From assembly GCF_000143415.4 (NCBI RefSeq), contig NW_003314448.1, positions 21,231-85,230 on the forward strand: a stretch of DNA of 64,000 bases, given 5' to 3'. A model generated the notes under the pieces. It was not told the DNA's origin and ran no database searches. It saw nothing but the letters and a program-made list of their open reading frames with translations. Made by a program: the position numbers and the translations under genes. Shown here piece after piece: positions 9,819 through 22,416 of this stretch (position 1 is its first letter; each line of letters begins with the position of its first letter). This DNA is from Selaginella moellendorffii. Its lineage: Eukaryota > Plantae > Lycopodiophyta.

Positions 9819-11064
9819 TGTAAGCAACTAATTTTTCCTAGTCCTAGTCTTTGCCAGAATCGTTGATGACTTTTTGAGGATGGTCTTCAATGTTTTGTTC
9901 GTTGCTTCTACTTGACTGTTGCCTTGAGGATAGTGTCGATAATGATTTTGCGGTAGAAATTGGTGAAGCTAAGGCAAACCTGAATGTCTGACATTGATTG
10001 TGAAGGCTCCCATTCGAGAATAGTCCTAACTTTGGCAGGATTCATTGTGATACCTGTAAGCGACTAATTTTTCCATTTTACTTTAGTCACTTAACCACAC
10101 CTCCGACCACTTGGAGGAGTCTCATTCACCACCTCCATAAGTCTAATTCAGGACTTGGGACTTGTTAGCCCCGAGAATGGCATCTATGCCACTCAATATT
10201 TGCACTTGGTCCAAGTGCTCCATGTGTCCGATCCCATGACCGACACTCAAAGGTACCACCGACATGGCAGCCTGTTATGCTAACGCCATGCCCAATCACC
10301 TTTGCCACACTGGTAGTCCAATACCACTTGCATCACAATCTTGGCTCCCCAAGACTAGGCAATCCATCCATGAGTGGTCATCTCAGATCCACTCCTTAGC
10401 ATCCTTAGGATGCCCACCGACAAGGGGAATAGCCTTCCCCAATATCCCTCTGTCAGTCTCCCCTAAGTCCCTTTCTGCCTCTGACCATGTTTGCCAACAC
10501 TGCCACTGGATCGAGGCCCACAGCCCCGACCACTAAGTCCCACGGTCCTCTGGGACTTCCTCACCACACGACTGTGTCCTTGGTCACTACCCTAGAGGAC
10601 TGCTCCTCTTCCTTTCCACAGTCTGGGCCTTTGGGACAACATTTCGGAACACCGTGGCCTTACGCGAGCCACCTGGGTACTCTCCCCGCCTTCTGCCCTT
10701 GGGTGCTCTAGCCATGGGCTTAGAGCGAGGTTCCGTTGAGCCACGCCTGGTATCCAAGTAGGTAGTGCCACCCACACTTGGACTGGGAGCATCGGCCAGT
10801 CGATCTCCCGGGGGAACTAGAACCGGCTCTTGAACACTTCACCAAGCTACCCCGCTTGTCGGTCCATGTTCACTCTAGTCTTGGACTTCCCAGTGGTCAG
10901 CTCATCACCCAACACTGGGTCTGGCCTTCCTGGGCCAAACTGGCTCCACTGGGCTCCAACCCCCACACTCTCCTTACTATACTTTTGGAACCCCCCGCAG
11001 CCCCCCCCCCCCCCCCCCTGGGGGACGATCGCTTTGGGCTTTCACCCAACTGCCTGTATTAGTA

Positions 11065-11713
11065 TTCGGACTCGGACTCGGGCTCGAACTCGGACTCGGA
11101 CTCGGTCTCGGTCTTGGTTTCGGACTCGGACTCGGTCTCGGTCTCGACTTCGGCCTCGGTCTCGGTCTCGACTTCGGCCTCGGTCTCGGTCTCGACTTCG
11201 GCCTCGGTCTCGGTCTCGACTTCGGCCTCAGTCTCGGTCTCGGTCTCGTGTCCATCTCGGACTCCATCTCGGACTCCATCTCGGGTCCATCTCGGGTCCA
11301 TCTCGGACTCCATCTCGGGTCCATCTCGGGTCCATCTCGGACTCCATCTCGGACTCCATCTTGGGTCCATCTCGGACTCCATCTCGGGTCCATCTCAGAC
11401 TCCATCTCGGGTCCATCTCAGACTCCATCTCGGGTCCATCTCGGGTCCATCTTGGACTCCATCTCGGACTCCATCTCGGGTCCATCTCGGACTCCATCTC
11501 GGGTCCATCTCGGACTCCATCTCGGGTCCATCTCGGACTCCATCTCGGGTCCATCTCGGTTCCATCTCGGACTCCATCTCGGACTCCATCTCGGATCCAT
11601 CTCGGACTCCATCTCGGGTCCATCTCGGACTCCATCTCGGACTCCATCTCGGGTCCATCTCGGGTCCAACTCGGACTCCATCTCGGACTCCATCTTGGGT
11701 CCATCTCGGGTCC
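11065..11713. repeat. Mosaic minisatellite: (TCGGAC/TCGGTC)n followed by (TCCATCTCGGG / TCCATCTCGGAC)n
   Basis: Direct reading; produces repetitive ORFs in all frames. Confidence 0.92.
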
Positions 11714-12012
11714 CTTTTGGAGCCTCGCTTATTGCTCGTTTCGTGCTCATTCCTCGAGCACTTCGTTAGGAGTTCCACTCCCGCTCTCGACCTTTCAAGT
11801 TGGAGCTTTTGGCCCAAACGTGTTACACTCGTTTGGCTTTCGCTTTGGCCACTACCACGTGGCACCCTTCCGGCTCCACTTTGGGGCCTAGGGATTTTGT
11901 GTCTCACAACTCCACCACCCATAGACGAAGTTCGATGTCCTCATCAAACGGTAAACCCTTTTATAAAGTAACACCCATATGTATTACCGTTTCCATCCTT
12001 GGCCCCCGGCCA

Positions 12013-12142
12013 ATATTTGTCTATGGTTTGACATTGAAGGCTCACCATGCCTTCTCCATATTTGTCAATGGTTTGACATTGAAGGCTCACCATACCTTCT
12101 CCATATTCGTCAATGGTTTGACACCAAAGGCTCACCATGCCC
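12013..12142. repeat. 45-bp tandem repeat x3
   Basis: ATATTTGTCAATGGTTTGACATTGAAGGCTCACCATGCCTTCTCC-like units. Confidence 0.85.
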
Positions 12143-14747
12143 TACCCATCCTCTAAGGAGGGTAGTCTCTCCAACTTAGAGACTAATTGAACCACAGGTA
12201 GTGGTTCTCTCCTTTTATTGATTTAGTTCTCGCTAAACCTCTTAGAGACCCTTCTCTAAGTCAATACCACTACTCCTTCTCGAGTAGTCTCAATTTCCAT
12301 TGATTGAACGTTTGCACCTTGGAACTTTTACTCTTTGACTTCTGGAAGTCAATTCCCTAGGTGTCTCCAACACCTTGCATTGCACATATTGTGCAACTCC
12401 ACTCCCTCTTCCTAGGAAGTTCTCTACTTGAGGGCACCATCATCCTCTCTTTTATTTCGTGCCACCTTGGGCACTAAGTTCCAGTTATCATACTTTGTGC
12501 TAGGGCTGTCCATGGCCCTATCATTTGGCTACCTTACCGCTACCTCCCTCGGAACTTCCCCTTTCGCCAAATCGGAGCAATTCCGAATCCATTCTTGGAA
12601 ACTCGTTTCCTTTCCCGCAATTTGTTAGCATCCAACACATTAGTGTTCCTCGCCTAACTTTGCCACTTGGATTCCTTCCAAGGGATTCCACGGCCCTATC
12701 TTGGCCACTCATCTTTTACTCCTATCCGTTGATTGTTGCACCAAGCAACACCGAATCTCTACCTCCCTCCTTGAGGTATTCTTTTGATTCCATAGCAAAG
12801 GCTCGGCTTTGCCAAAACTAGGGTGTTCACCCCTAGTAAGTCTCTTTAGCATTTTCTGTTGTGGGCTCTATCCATGGCCCAACTTTGTGACCCTCTCATG
12901 GGTCTCTTATAGAGACTACTTTCTTGGACACACTATGCCATCGCAATGACATAGCTCATTTCCCTAAGGTGCTTTTCCCCACTTGGTCACCTTGACCAAG
13001 CCACACCATCCTCAATAGTTCAAATCAACACTTTAAACTAAGGACCTTATTCCTTACCCCAAACAAGGACCTTGTCCTTATTTAGCCACAAGATCACCTA
13101 GTGATCTCACCTCGGCACCTTAACAGGTTTGCTAATAGGTACTAGGTCTTCCAGACCTTTAACTTGTTAACTACGACCCCAGGGGCATCCCCCACACTTG
13201 GCGGTGCGCCCAAGCCAGCCCTTCTGGCCAAGGGTTCATAGCAACTGAGACTGAGTGTCCCCATCTCATTCACCACATCCTTGGTGCCACTTGCACCAAA
13301 GTGTTCAAGTTAGATATGCTGAGCCACACTAAGCAATCTAACCGTGCATCACGACTCCGAGGCATCCCTCGCTTGGCGGTGTGCCCAAACCAGTCTCCAC
13401 ATTGAGAGTCCATGACCACCGAAAAATGAGTGTCCTCATATTCCAAACCATCACCACGCCCTAGTGAGTTGGGACTCGAACCCAAGCACTAGAGGGTCGG
13501 GACTCGAACCCAACCTCCATATATGGGCGGCATCACCCAGGATGCCTAGCGTGACTCCCCACGCCGGTGCACCAACTTTTACTCAAAGCGCGCTATAGAT
13601 CACAGCTTAGGAACCTAGTTCCTCCACACTGTCAAGTCCTCTCACTTGACAAGTCTGTGATCATGCATGGACTCCTCCACGCTTGGCCCCATGGCCCACC
13701 CTTTTTGAAGTTGTCACCTTCAACTAGGGTATTTATTCCCCTGACTTGCCAATCTCGCTTGGCAAGTCCTCTAACCACTGTAACATGGTTCTTGCACAAG
13801 CATGAAAGTCCTTGACCATCGACTTTCGTTCAAAGCCCTCTCTTTGAACACTCGGGAACTACTTCCCTAACCTTGATAGCCTTGCCTCATGGCAAGCTTC
13901 AAGACCACGCTTCTGCTGCGCCACTCTGATTTCGCGCATTCTATGAACCATTTACGCTTGGCCTTTCTAGGTACTAAGCTACCTAAAATCATCTTTGGGA
14001 ACCTTGAAGGAACTCTGTCCCTTAGCTTGCTAAGGCCTCCCTTTTTACAAACTTTCCAATTGCCACATAGTCTAACATGGACAATTCCATATTTTAGACT
14101 CTCCACGGCATCACGGTTGCTAGCAGCAACAACCCTCAAGCCCCCACTTGATTCTCCCCTCCCAGCTGGCATAACCAACCTTGGTTATGCCCTTCGATTC
14201 TTATGGTTCGGTTCTATCCCCTTACTTCTTGCTTTTGGCTTCGCACCTTTCCTTTGGTCCTCTAGACCAGGAGGATAGCTTTGCACTTTCTATCATGCCT
14301 TAGCAAGTATTCCTAGGGATGAACCTACCCAATAGCCCAGGGAGTGGTTCCTCAATCCGGGTATGCTCACCTTATAATCCCACACACTGGGATTATATTG
14401 TTGTTTATGGGTCTTTACATACCCGTCACTAGCCTTGCCAAAATTCCATTTTTGGCTTTGTCCAACTTGGGTAGACAGTCTTCTCCTGTCTCTGCAACCT
14501 TGGACATTTGGATAGCACCTTCTATCCATCATTCGCTAGGGACTTAATCCCTTGGGCCTTATCCATTGCCTTCGCAACATCAAACACCACCTTCTTGTGT
14601 TCTAGAGTGTTCGGGTGTCCCAATGATGGCTTTCTTGACAATGAGTATTTCCTTTTATGACATTGACTTACTATATCGCAACACAAGCAACTTATCCCCC
14701 GTAAGGGTATATCCAACTTCCCTATGCTATTAAGAAGTCTTGGGTAG

Positions 14748-15342
14748 TGTAAGCTCCTGAGTTTTGGACTTCCCGGGAGGTCACCCAGCCCAGTACTATT
14801 CAAACCCAAGGACGCTTAACCCCAAATATCCCAAGACCCTTAACCGATTGGAAAAGGGGGTGCACTCTTATTCATGGGCCCTTTCCCTCTATATTTGAAC
14901 CCCATGGATCGTCTCTCAAGTCGTTCCCTTTGGTTGCTTACAATCCACCACGCTTCCCTGCAAGTTCACGCCCTCGTGAACGGAAGCTGAGAGCCGCAGC
15001 TCTCCCGAGAGCCCCGCTCTCTTGACACCCTACCCCTCGGGTCGAGCCCAGCGGGAGCAAACTGGACCAGCCAGATGTCAATCAACATGTGGTGCGATTC
15101 CCCTAGCCAACCAACAGAGTCGGACCCGAGACCGCTCCGATACCAAATGTAAACTCCTGAGTTTTGGACTTCCCGGGAGGTCACCCAGCCCAGTACTATT
15201 CAAACCCAAGGACGCTTAACCCCAAATATCCCAAGACCCTTAACCGATTGGAAAAGGGGGTGCACTCTTATTCATGGGCCCTTTCCCTCTATATTTGAAC
15301 CCCATGGATCGTCTCTCAAGTCGTTCCCTTTGGTTGCTTACA
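14748..15342 (-). mobile_element. Complete Cassandra-type TRIM with 5S rRNA-like LTRs
   Basis: Two 195-bp LTRs (14748-14942, 15148-15342) that appear to differ at one base, TG..CA ends, TSD GGTAG. PBS TGGTATCGGAGC and PPT GGGGAAGCGTGGTGGA on the minus strand, 205-bp non-coding interior. LTR contains GTTAAGCGTCCTTGGG...TAGTACTGGGCTGGGTGACCTCCCGGGAAGTCC, resembling the 5S internal control region. Confidence 0.93.
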
Positions 15343-18300
15343 GGTAGCTACCTTCTACCCGTTTAACTAGTTATTCTGCACCTCTTGCTTAGTTGCCTCA
15401 TAGTTGTCAAGTCCTACAACTCATTGCTTGGTGCTTCCACACCTCCATCATTATCTGGGTCACCACACTCCAATTGCATGCTCTATAGCTTAGGCTATGC
15501 CATTCCCATTTCCATTGGGATTCCTTTGGCAAAGGGTTCTCATGAACCCACGAACATAGCCTCAAGGTATCACACCTTGGCACATTTGGTGTCTCCACAC
15601 CATCGGCTCCACGAGCCTACCTCTATGACACTTCCCCTTTGTGTCTAAGTCTTTGCCAAGACTAACACCGCTCTTTCTCATGCCAACCATCCGTTAGCAT
15701 TGCACCATAGAGGTCACACACAACTTTGTGTCAAAGTTGTTTTCTTCTGGGAACACCTTTCCCATAACTTTAACATGGCACATTTTGCCATCGATGAGAT
15801 ACCCTCTGTTCTCATCCTTGGATCCTATGATCCCCCCCATCCTTCGTGGGGTACAACACACCTCAGTCCAAATGCTTCCATCAGTCCTTTTAGGACCATT
15901 CCTTGACTCTACTTGAGTCATCCAGCAGTTTTGGACTTGGTTAATCCACAGACCCGTAAGGTCCCACTTGTGAGGCACTAGCTCACTGGATTACACTTCC
16001 TGCATTCCTGTCCTACTCAGAAGGACTATTTTCACAAGTGTTACTAAACCCTGTAAGCGACTAATTTTTCCATTTTACTTTAGTCACTTAACCACACCTC
16101 CGACCACTTGGAGGAGTCTCATTCACCACCTCCATAAGTCCAATTCAGGACTTGGGACTTGCTAGCCCCGAGAATGGCATCTATGCAACTCAACATTTGC
16201 ACTTGGTCCAAGTGCTCCATGTGTTTGATCCCATGACCGACACTCAAAGGTACCACCGACATGGCAGCCTGTTATGCTAACGCCATGCCCAATCACCTTT
16301 GCCACACTGGTAGTCCAATACCACTTGCATCACAATCTTGGCTCCCCAAGACTAGGCAATCCATCCGTGAGTGGTCATCTCAGATCCACTCCTTAGCATC
16401 CTTAGGATGCCCACCGACAAGGGGAATAGCCTTCCCCAATATCCCTCTGTCAGTCTCCCCTAAGTCCCTTTCTGCCTCTGACCGTGTTTGCCAACACTGC
16501 CACTGGATCGAGGCCCACAGCCCCGACCACTAAGTCCCACGGTCCTCTGGGACTTCCTCACCACACAACTGTGTCCTTGGTCACTACCCCAGAGGACTGC
16601 TCCTCTTCCTTTCCACAGTCTGGGCCTTTGGGACAACATTTCGGAACACCGTGGCCTTACGCGAGCCACCTGGGTACTCTCCCCGCCTTCCGCCCTTGGG
16701 TGCTCTAGCCATGGGCTTAGAGCGAGGTTCCGTTGAGCCACGCCTGGTATCCAAGTAGGTAGTGCCACCCACACTTGGACTGGGAGCATCGGCCAGTCGA
16801 TCTCCCGGGGGAACTAGAACCGGCTCTTGAACACTTCACCAAGCTACCCCGCTTGTCGGTCCGTGTTCACTCTAGTCTTGGATTTCCTAGTGGTCAGCTC
16901 ATCACCCAACACTGGGTCTGGCCTTCCTGGGAGGATTTGAGATGACCACTCACGGATGGATTGCCTAGTCTTGGGGAGCCAAAACTGTGATGCAAGTGGT
17001 ATTCGACTACCAGTGTGGCAAAGGTGATTGGGCATGGCGTTAGCATAACAGGCTGCCATGTCGGTGGTACCTTTGAGTGTCGGTCATGAGATCGGACACG
17101 TGGAGCACTTGGACTAAGTGCAAATGTTGAGTGGCATAGATGCCATTCTCGGGGCTAGCAAGTCCCAAGTCCTTAATTGGACTTATGGAGGTGGTGAATG
17201 AGACTCCTCCAAGTGGTCGGAGGTGTGGTTAAGTGACTAAAATAAAATGGAAAAATTAGTCGCTTACAATTTGGTATCGGAGCTGTTCCTTAATCCGACT
17301 TTTATTGGTGCTCAAGTATATCACCATTGATATTGGCATCGGAAGGTCCTAGGAGTGGGCCTATCCTTGAGGAGTAGCACGTCGAGAGGACATGGCTCTC
17401 CACTCGAGTTCATACATGAACTTGGGCGCGATGTGGTGGATAGAAAAAGGGGCCAGTAAGGGAACAACTTTGGGATTTTGGGAACAGTATATGGTTTTCC
17501 TCAGAGAGTTGAGGATGTGACCCAGATGAGCGTTTGACTTAGCAAACTGGCTAATGTAGTTGTGGTAAACAACTACAGTTGGGATCACGGGAAAGAGAAA
17601 GACTCCAAAGCAATAAAGGAGTCACAAAATTATCCTCATATAGTTGAGGTTGGTGCTCATAAATGTGAGACCAGAAGTAATGACCATGGGAGGTCAAATA
17701 CGGAAGAGGACTCAAGTCCTTGAAATGGTAACCAGGGCTACCTTTAATAAATGCTGGAACAACCCAAGGGCAGAAGGCGGGGAGATTACCCAAGTGGCTC
17801 GCGTAAGGCCACGGTGTTCCAAAATGTTGTCCCAAAGGCCCAGACTGTGGAAAGGAAGAGGAGCAGTCCTCTGGGGTAGTGACCAAGGACACAGTCGTGT
17901 GGTGAGGAAGTCCCAGAGGACCGTGGGACTTAGTGGTCGGGCCTGTGAACCTCGATCCAGTGGCAGTGTTGGCAAACACGGTCAGAGGCAGAAAGGGACT
18001 TAGGGGAGACTGACAGAGGGATATTGGGGAAGGCTATTCCCCTTGTCGGTGGGCATCCTAAAGATGCTAAGGAGTGGATCTGAGATGACCACTCACGGAT
18101 GGATTGCCTAGTCTTGGGGAGCCAAGATTGTGATGCAAGTGGTATTCGACTACCAGTGTGGCAAAGGTGATTGGGCATGGCCTTAGCATAATAGGCTGCC
18201 ATGTCGGTGGTACCTTTGAGTGTCGGTCATGGGATCGGACACATGGAGCACTTGGACCAAGTGCAAATATTGAGTGGCATAGATGCCATTCTCGGGGCTA

Positions 18301-18411
18301 ACAAGTCCCAAGTCCTGAATTAGACTTATGAAGGTGGTGAATGAGACTCCTCCAAGTGGTCGGAGGTGTGGTTAAGTGACTAAAGTAAAATGGAAAAATT
18401 AGTCGCTTACA

Positions 18412-19200
18412 GGTATCACAATGAATCCTGCCAAAGTCAGGACTATTCTCGAATGGGAGCCTTCACAATCAATGTCAGACATTCAGGTTTGCCTTAGCTT
18501 CACCAATTTCTACCGCAAATTCATTATCGACACTATCCTCAAGGCAACAGTCAAGTAGAAGCAACGAACAAAACATTGAAGACCATCCTCAAAAAGTCAT
18601 CAACGATTCTGGCAAAGACTAGGACAACAAACTTCTCAATGTACTTTGGGCCTATCGAACTGCATATAAAGTCACCACCGACATGACACTATTGAAACTC
18701 ACCTTCGGAACAGAAGCCATCACACCAATCGAATTCATCGTCCCGAGCTTGTGAGTCACCGTCAAGTATAATCTCAACACACGACATGCTATTCAAGAAA
18801 GGCTTTAGCAACTCGAACGTCTCGAAGAACTTCGACTCAACACCCTCTGGACACTTCACGCTATCCAGAAACAGAGAAAAGCTCGGCACAACCGACAAGC
18901 ATCCTGGCACAACATTCCAGACATACAGCGTCGACGATCATGTTCTCTGGTACCAGGGACCCATCGGCAAACTTGGTCAAAAACTCCACACTAACTGGCA
19001 AGGACCTTTCAAAATCATTGCACTCTACCCCAACGGCACTGCCAAAGTCGGCACACTCACCAAAGACTTCACTGAGATCGTCAACCTCAACAAGCTTCGA
19101 CCATATCACATCAACATGTTCAGCATCAGCACCTCAGCACATTTCCAACCCAAACCAACAAACACCCCAAAACCAACAATCACCCTGGCAGGCAAACTTT
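18412..19200 (+). pseudogene. Continuation of the gypsy RT fused to a degenerate integrase
   Basis: GITMNPAKVRTILEWEP...TNFYRKFI, then HYPQGNSQVEATNKTLKTILKK...LWAYRTAYK, and a GPF motif (WQGPFKIIALYPNG...VNLNKLRPY). Confidence 0.82.
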
Positions 19201-20189
19201 AACTCAACTCAGTTTGACATAACTCAACTTGACTCAACACGAACTCATCCACCAACTTCAGCAACAAACAGCAGCAAAAATCTCAAAGTCCCAAGCTACC
19301 GTTGGATCAATGCCACCTCAGCAGATATCAACAGTTGAACTTGAGTTAGCTTCATCAGCAATATCCACCATTGATCTTCAATCAAGCCAAGTCAAACCAG
19401 ATCAATTCGGTCAACAAATCTCTACCTAGCAATCAAGCGCCACATGATCAGCCAACCAACAGTTACGGGTCTCAAGAACCCTAATGGGGCTAGCACTTCG
19501 ATCACAGAAAATGAAGAGAAAGATGCCAGCTCATCCACCCTAGTGCCTCAGATACGTCATACACCATATTCCTAGGCTTCCCAGCAACAACACAACCACC
19601 TGGCTCAAGGACCATGGATTCAAGCTCCTCCACAAGGCCTTTTCAACACACCCTGACCAAAAACTGGTGAGGAAGCTGGCTGCCTCCTTCAACCCCAAGA
19701 ACAGCACCATAACCGACGGTGCCAACAAGATCACCTCAGCCCAGCAAGAATCTCTTCCGTTTTCAAAAATTCCAAGAAGCATCACCTCTATCGACTTGAG
19801 CAGCAGCAACAACAAGTGATGGAAACTGACTATGTTCGCACCAAGGACAGTGTCTAGTTCTGTCAAGGGAGCAGAGTGTATCAACCAAAAACCCAGGCTC
19901 AGGGGACTCGATTTTGAACCCAGGCTGCATCGGAGCCATAGATTGAATCATGCACAGCATATACCATTCAGTAGCATATGCTGGCAATTAGAACAGCCAA
20001 CCTTTTAAAGGGGGGAATCCAAATTGTGGATCCCCATCTTCATTTATCATTTTCTTATTAATACACAACATTCTTTCACTCATCTTTCTTCTCAGCCCTT
20101 GGAGATCGGGCCCTTTTCTCTTTTGTTTTCTCACTAGCAATAGATTTGCAGCTAAGAGGAGTATCCACACCTCTTCAGTAACTTCATCA

Positions 20190-20770
20190 ACATCTCCATG
20201 GTGAGTGTAAGCATTGATCAAAGTATTGCACGAAACCACGCTCTTGAACGGCATGCCGTGAAATGCAGCTCTCGCCTCCTCCAAGCTCACCACACCTCCT
20301 GTACATGTTCATGATCGAGTTACTGATCTGTTCTGAAACAATCCCGCTTAATACCACCCACTGTTCTCTGTTTCAAGTCTGGAGCATTGATGTTTCGAAA
20401 ACACTGATGAACGTGATATCGCTTGCTCGCAGTCCATCTTCTGGAACAGCACCACGCCTTCCTTCTGATGTCCCTGCTGACAACATGCTAGGTGTTCTTG
20501 ATGCTCATCTCCCCGAAAACAGATCTCACATCCTCAAAACTCCCGCAGTTCACGTACATGCAGATCAAAGCCGTGATGTGAGATTCCCGAACTTCAAAAA
20601 TCGAGCGTGGAGCTGCTTCCAGCAAGTTCTTCTCGGTCCAGTTCAATGCAAGCTTCCAGTGCACGAACGTGCTGATCCTCTCATCAAGTTCTTTTCAATC
20701 AAGCTTCAAGTGCATGAACGAAAGTCATGCATACAACTTCCAGAGCTGAATCACTCTCTCCATTGTTGAC
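20190..20770 (-). pseudogene. PPR gene fragment
   Basis: SLEEARAAFHGMPFKSVVSCNTLINAYTHHGD and adjacent frameshifted PLS-type repeats. Confidence 0.7.
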
Positions 20771-21268
20771 ATATCCTAGCAGCAAAACATTCAAGGCTAG
20801 CAAGCTCCGTGAAATCATCCCGTCAAAAAACACATCAAACTCTTCACGTTTCACTCGCTTACTTCTCAAACCTTGGTTGGTGTAGTCTTCCTGATAAGAT
20901 TGTCGACAACGTCAGATTTGATGGCGGAGATGAAATCGCATAGGTTGGACAAAAATATCTCCTCGACCTCTTCTTTACCTAGATAGCCTACCAGTCTTTT
21001 CTGACTTTTCACCCACTTAGAATACTCATGCATCTATTATGGCATGCCTCCTGTAGCTTCTGGTAAGAAACCGTCTTCACTTCCTCTGACGTCCTTGAGT
21101 ACATGCACTTGGGATTTGTTATCCCCTTTACCTGATCCTATTCTATCTGATTCCTCAACGTCAACTGCAAGAACACAGAAATCAGCACCTTATTCCTCTT
21201 CATAAAGCACATCACGTCTAGACTCAATAGGCTTGTATACATGAAAAATATAAGTTACTTATCTGAAT

Positions 21269-21813
21269 GTCGTTGGAAATATTCAAATAATGAAGTTTAT
21301 AAGTTTTCCCTCCACATAATTATGACATTCCCCACAATACTTGGCTTATAATTTGTCCCAATATGTTAAACTGTATGTTTTAAAAACAACATCAATTTTT
21401 TAACGACTTCTCCTTATCAAATATGCATGATAAATGAAAAATATTACGTTTCTATAAATGTTTCCACAACGAAACGAATTATTCTTCAACCTCTCCATCA
21501 AACTGAAAAAGATGCCCCTTCACATGTTTCGATTCAAGATTTGATTCAGATGTGAAGGGACATTTTTTAATTTGATGGAGATATATAATAAATGTCCATC
21601 TAACTGTGGAAACATTTATAAGAGATCAATAGTTCTTCATTTATCATGCATCTTCGATGAGGAAAAGTCACAAAAAAATTAATACTGTTTCCAAAACATG
21701 CAGTTTAATGAATTAGAAACGACGTTGGAAGAAATTAGGGTTCTTGGGCGCGATGGAACTAAAAACCAAATATTTTGGGAATGTCATGTTTGTGTGAAAG
21801 AAAGCCTGCAAAC
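21269..21813. mobile_element. Fold-back / MITE-like element
   Basis: Long imperfect inverted repeat centred ~21535 (ATGACATTCCC/GGGAATGTCAT, ATGCATGATAAATGAA/TTCATTTATCATGCAT, CCCTTCACAT/ATGTGAAGGG), flanked by the direct repeat TTACTTATCTGAAT. Confidence 0.7.
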
Positions 21814-21897
21814 TTACTTATCTGAATATACGAAGTATTAGATGGAATGGGATCAAGCAAGGGGACAACGAATCCTAAGTGCATGTACTCAATGACA

Positions 21898-22416
21898 TCA
21901 GAGAAAGTGACAATGACTTCTTACCCAGAGTACTGTGAAACTGCCCTTCCCAATCTGAAAGAATTGAGCTACCAGCGTATATAGGGACATCCTGTAGTCA
22001 CTGGAATCCCAGGTCGTGAGTTGAGCATAGAAGTCGTCCACAATGGATTCGCTCCAGCTTCCATTTTTCATCAACAGCTCCAAACAAGTCACCAACCAAT
22101 GCTTTCTACCCTTAAACTTTTCAAACAGTCTGCTGCAGTTGGCTGTTGTAAGGCCAAGCATCTTCAAATACTTTTCACAGAAGTTGTAGATCTCCCATTT
22201 GTCGAAGATTGTTACGAATCCAGGGGGCCCGTTCGCAGTTTTGGCCACACTGGACATGATATAACTATCCAGTTCCATCTGCAGGACGCTGATGCTCGTC
22301 CCTGCAACGCAGACCGCTGTACCGAGCCTCCCGTCAAGCAGCACCTCCATAATCATAGACTTTACGAGTTTTACCACAGCCATTGACCCCCATAAGCAGA
22401 ATGCATCCAGATACAC
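21898..22416 (-). pseudogene. Fragment of an unidentified protein, possibly P-loop NTPase-like
   Basis: 172-aa protein-like ORF with AVCVAGTSIS and FKGRKHWLVTCLE segments; family not certain. Confidence 0.3.

Larger units (their letters stand above)
9819..18411. mobile_element. Rearranged LTR-element complex inserted in the gypsy RT (TSD GGTAT)
   Basis: TGTAAGCAACTAATTTTTCC at 9819 and GGAAAAATTAGTCGCTTACA ending at 18411; GGTAT at 9814-9818 and 18412-18416. Four LTR pieces: 10055-~10930 (-), 16052-16932 (-), 16933-17268 (+, followed by PBS TGGTATCGGAGC at 17272) and ~17763-18411 (+). No intact gag/pol seen. Confidence 0.75.

Noticed and set aside
11065-11713. CRISPR-like array or RS/ET-rich protein gene
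   Set aside because: No unique spacers; ORFs in all six frames are by-products of a stop-free minisatellite.
13465-13575. tRNA genes or PBS on the minus strand (two GGTTCGAGTCCC motifs, TGGTGCACCGGCG)
   Set aside because: No full tRNA fold, and no LTR end (CA) adjacent to the putative PBS.
14760-14825. Genuine 5S rRNA gene
   Set aside because: Only the central part resembles 5S, and it lies inside TG..CA LTRs with PBS, PPT and TSD.
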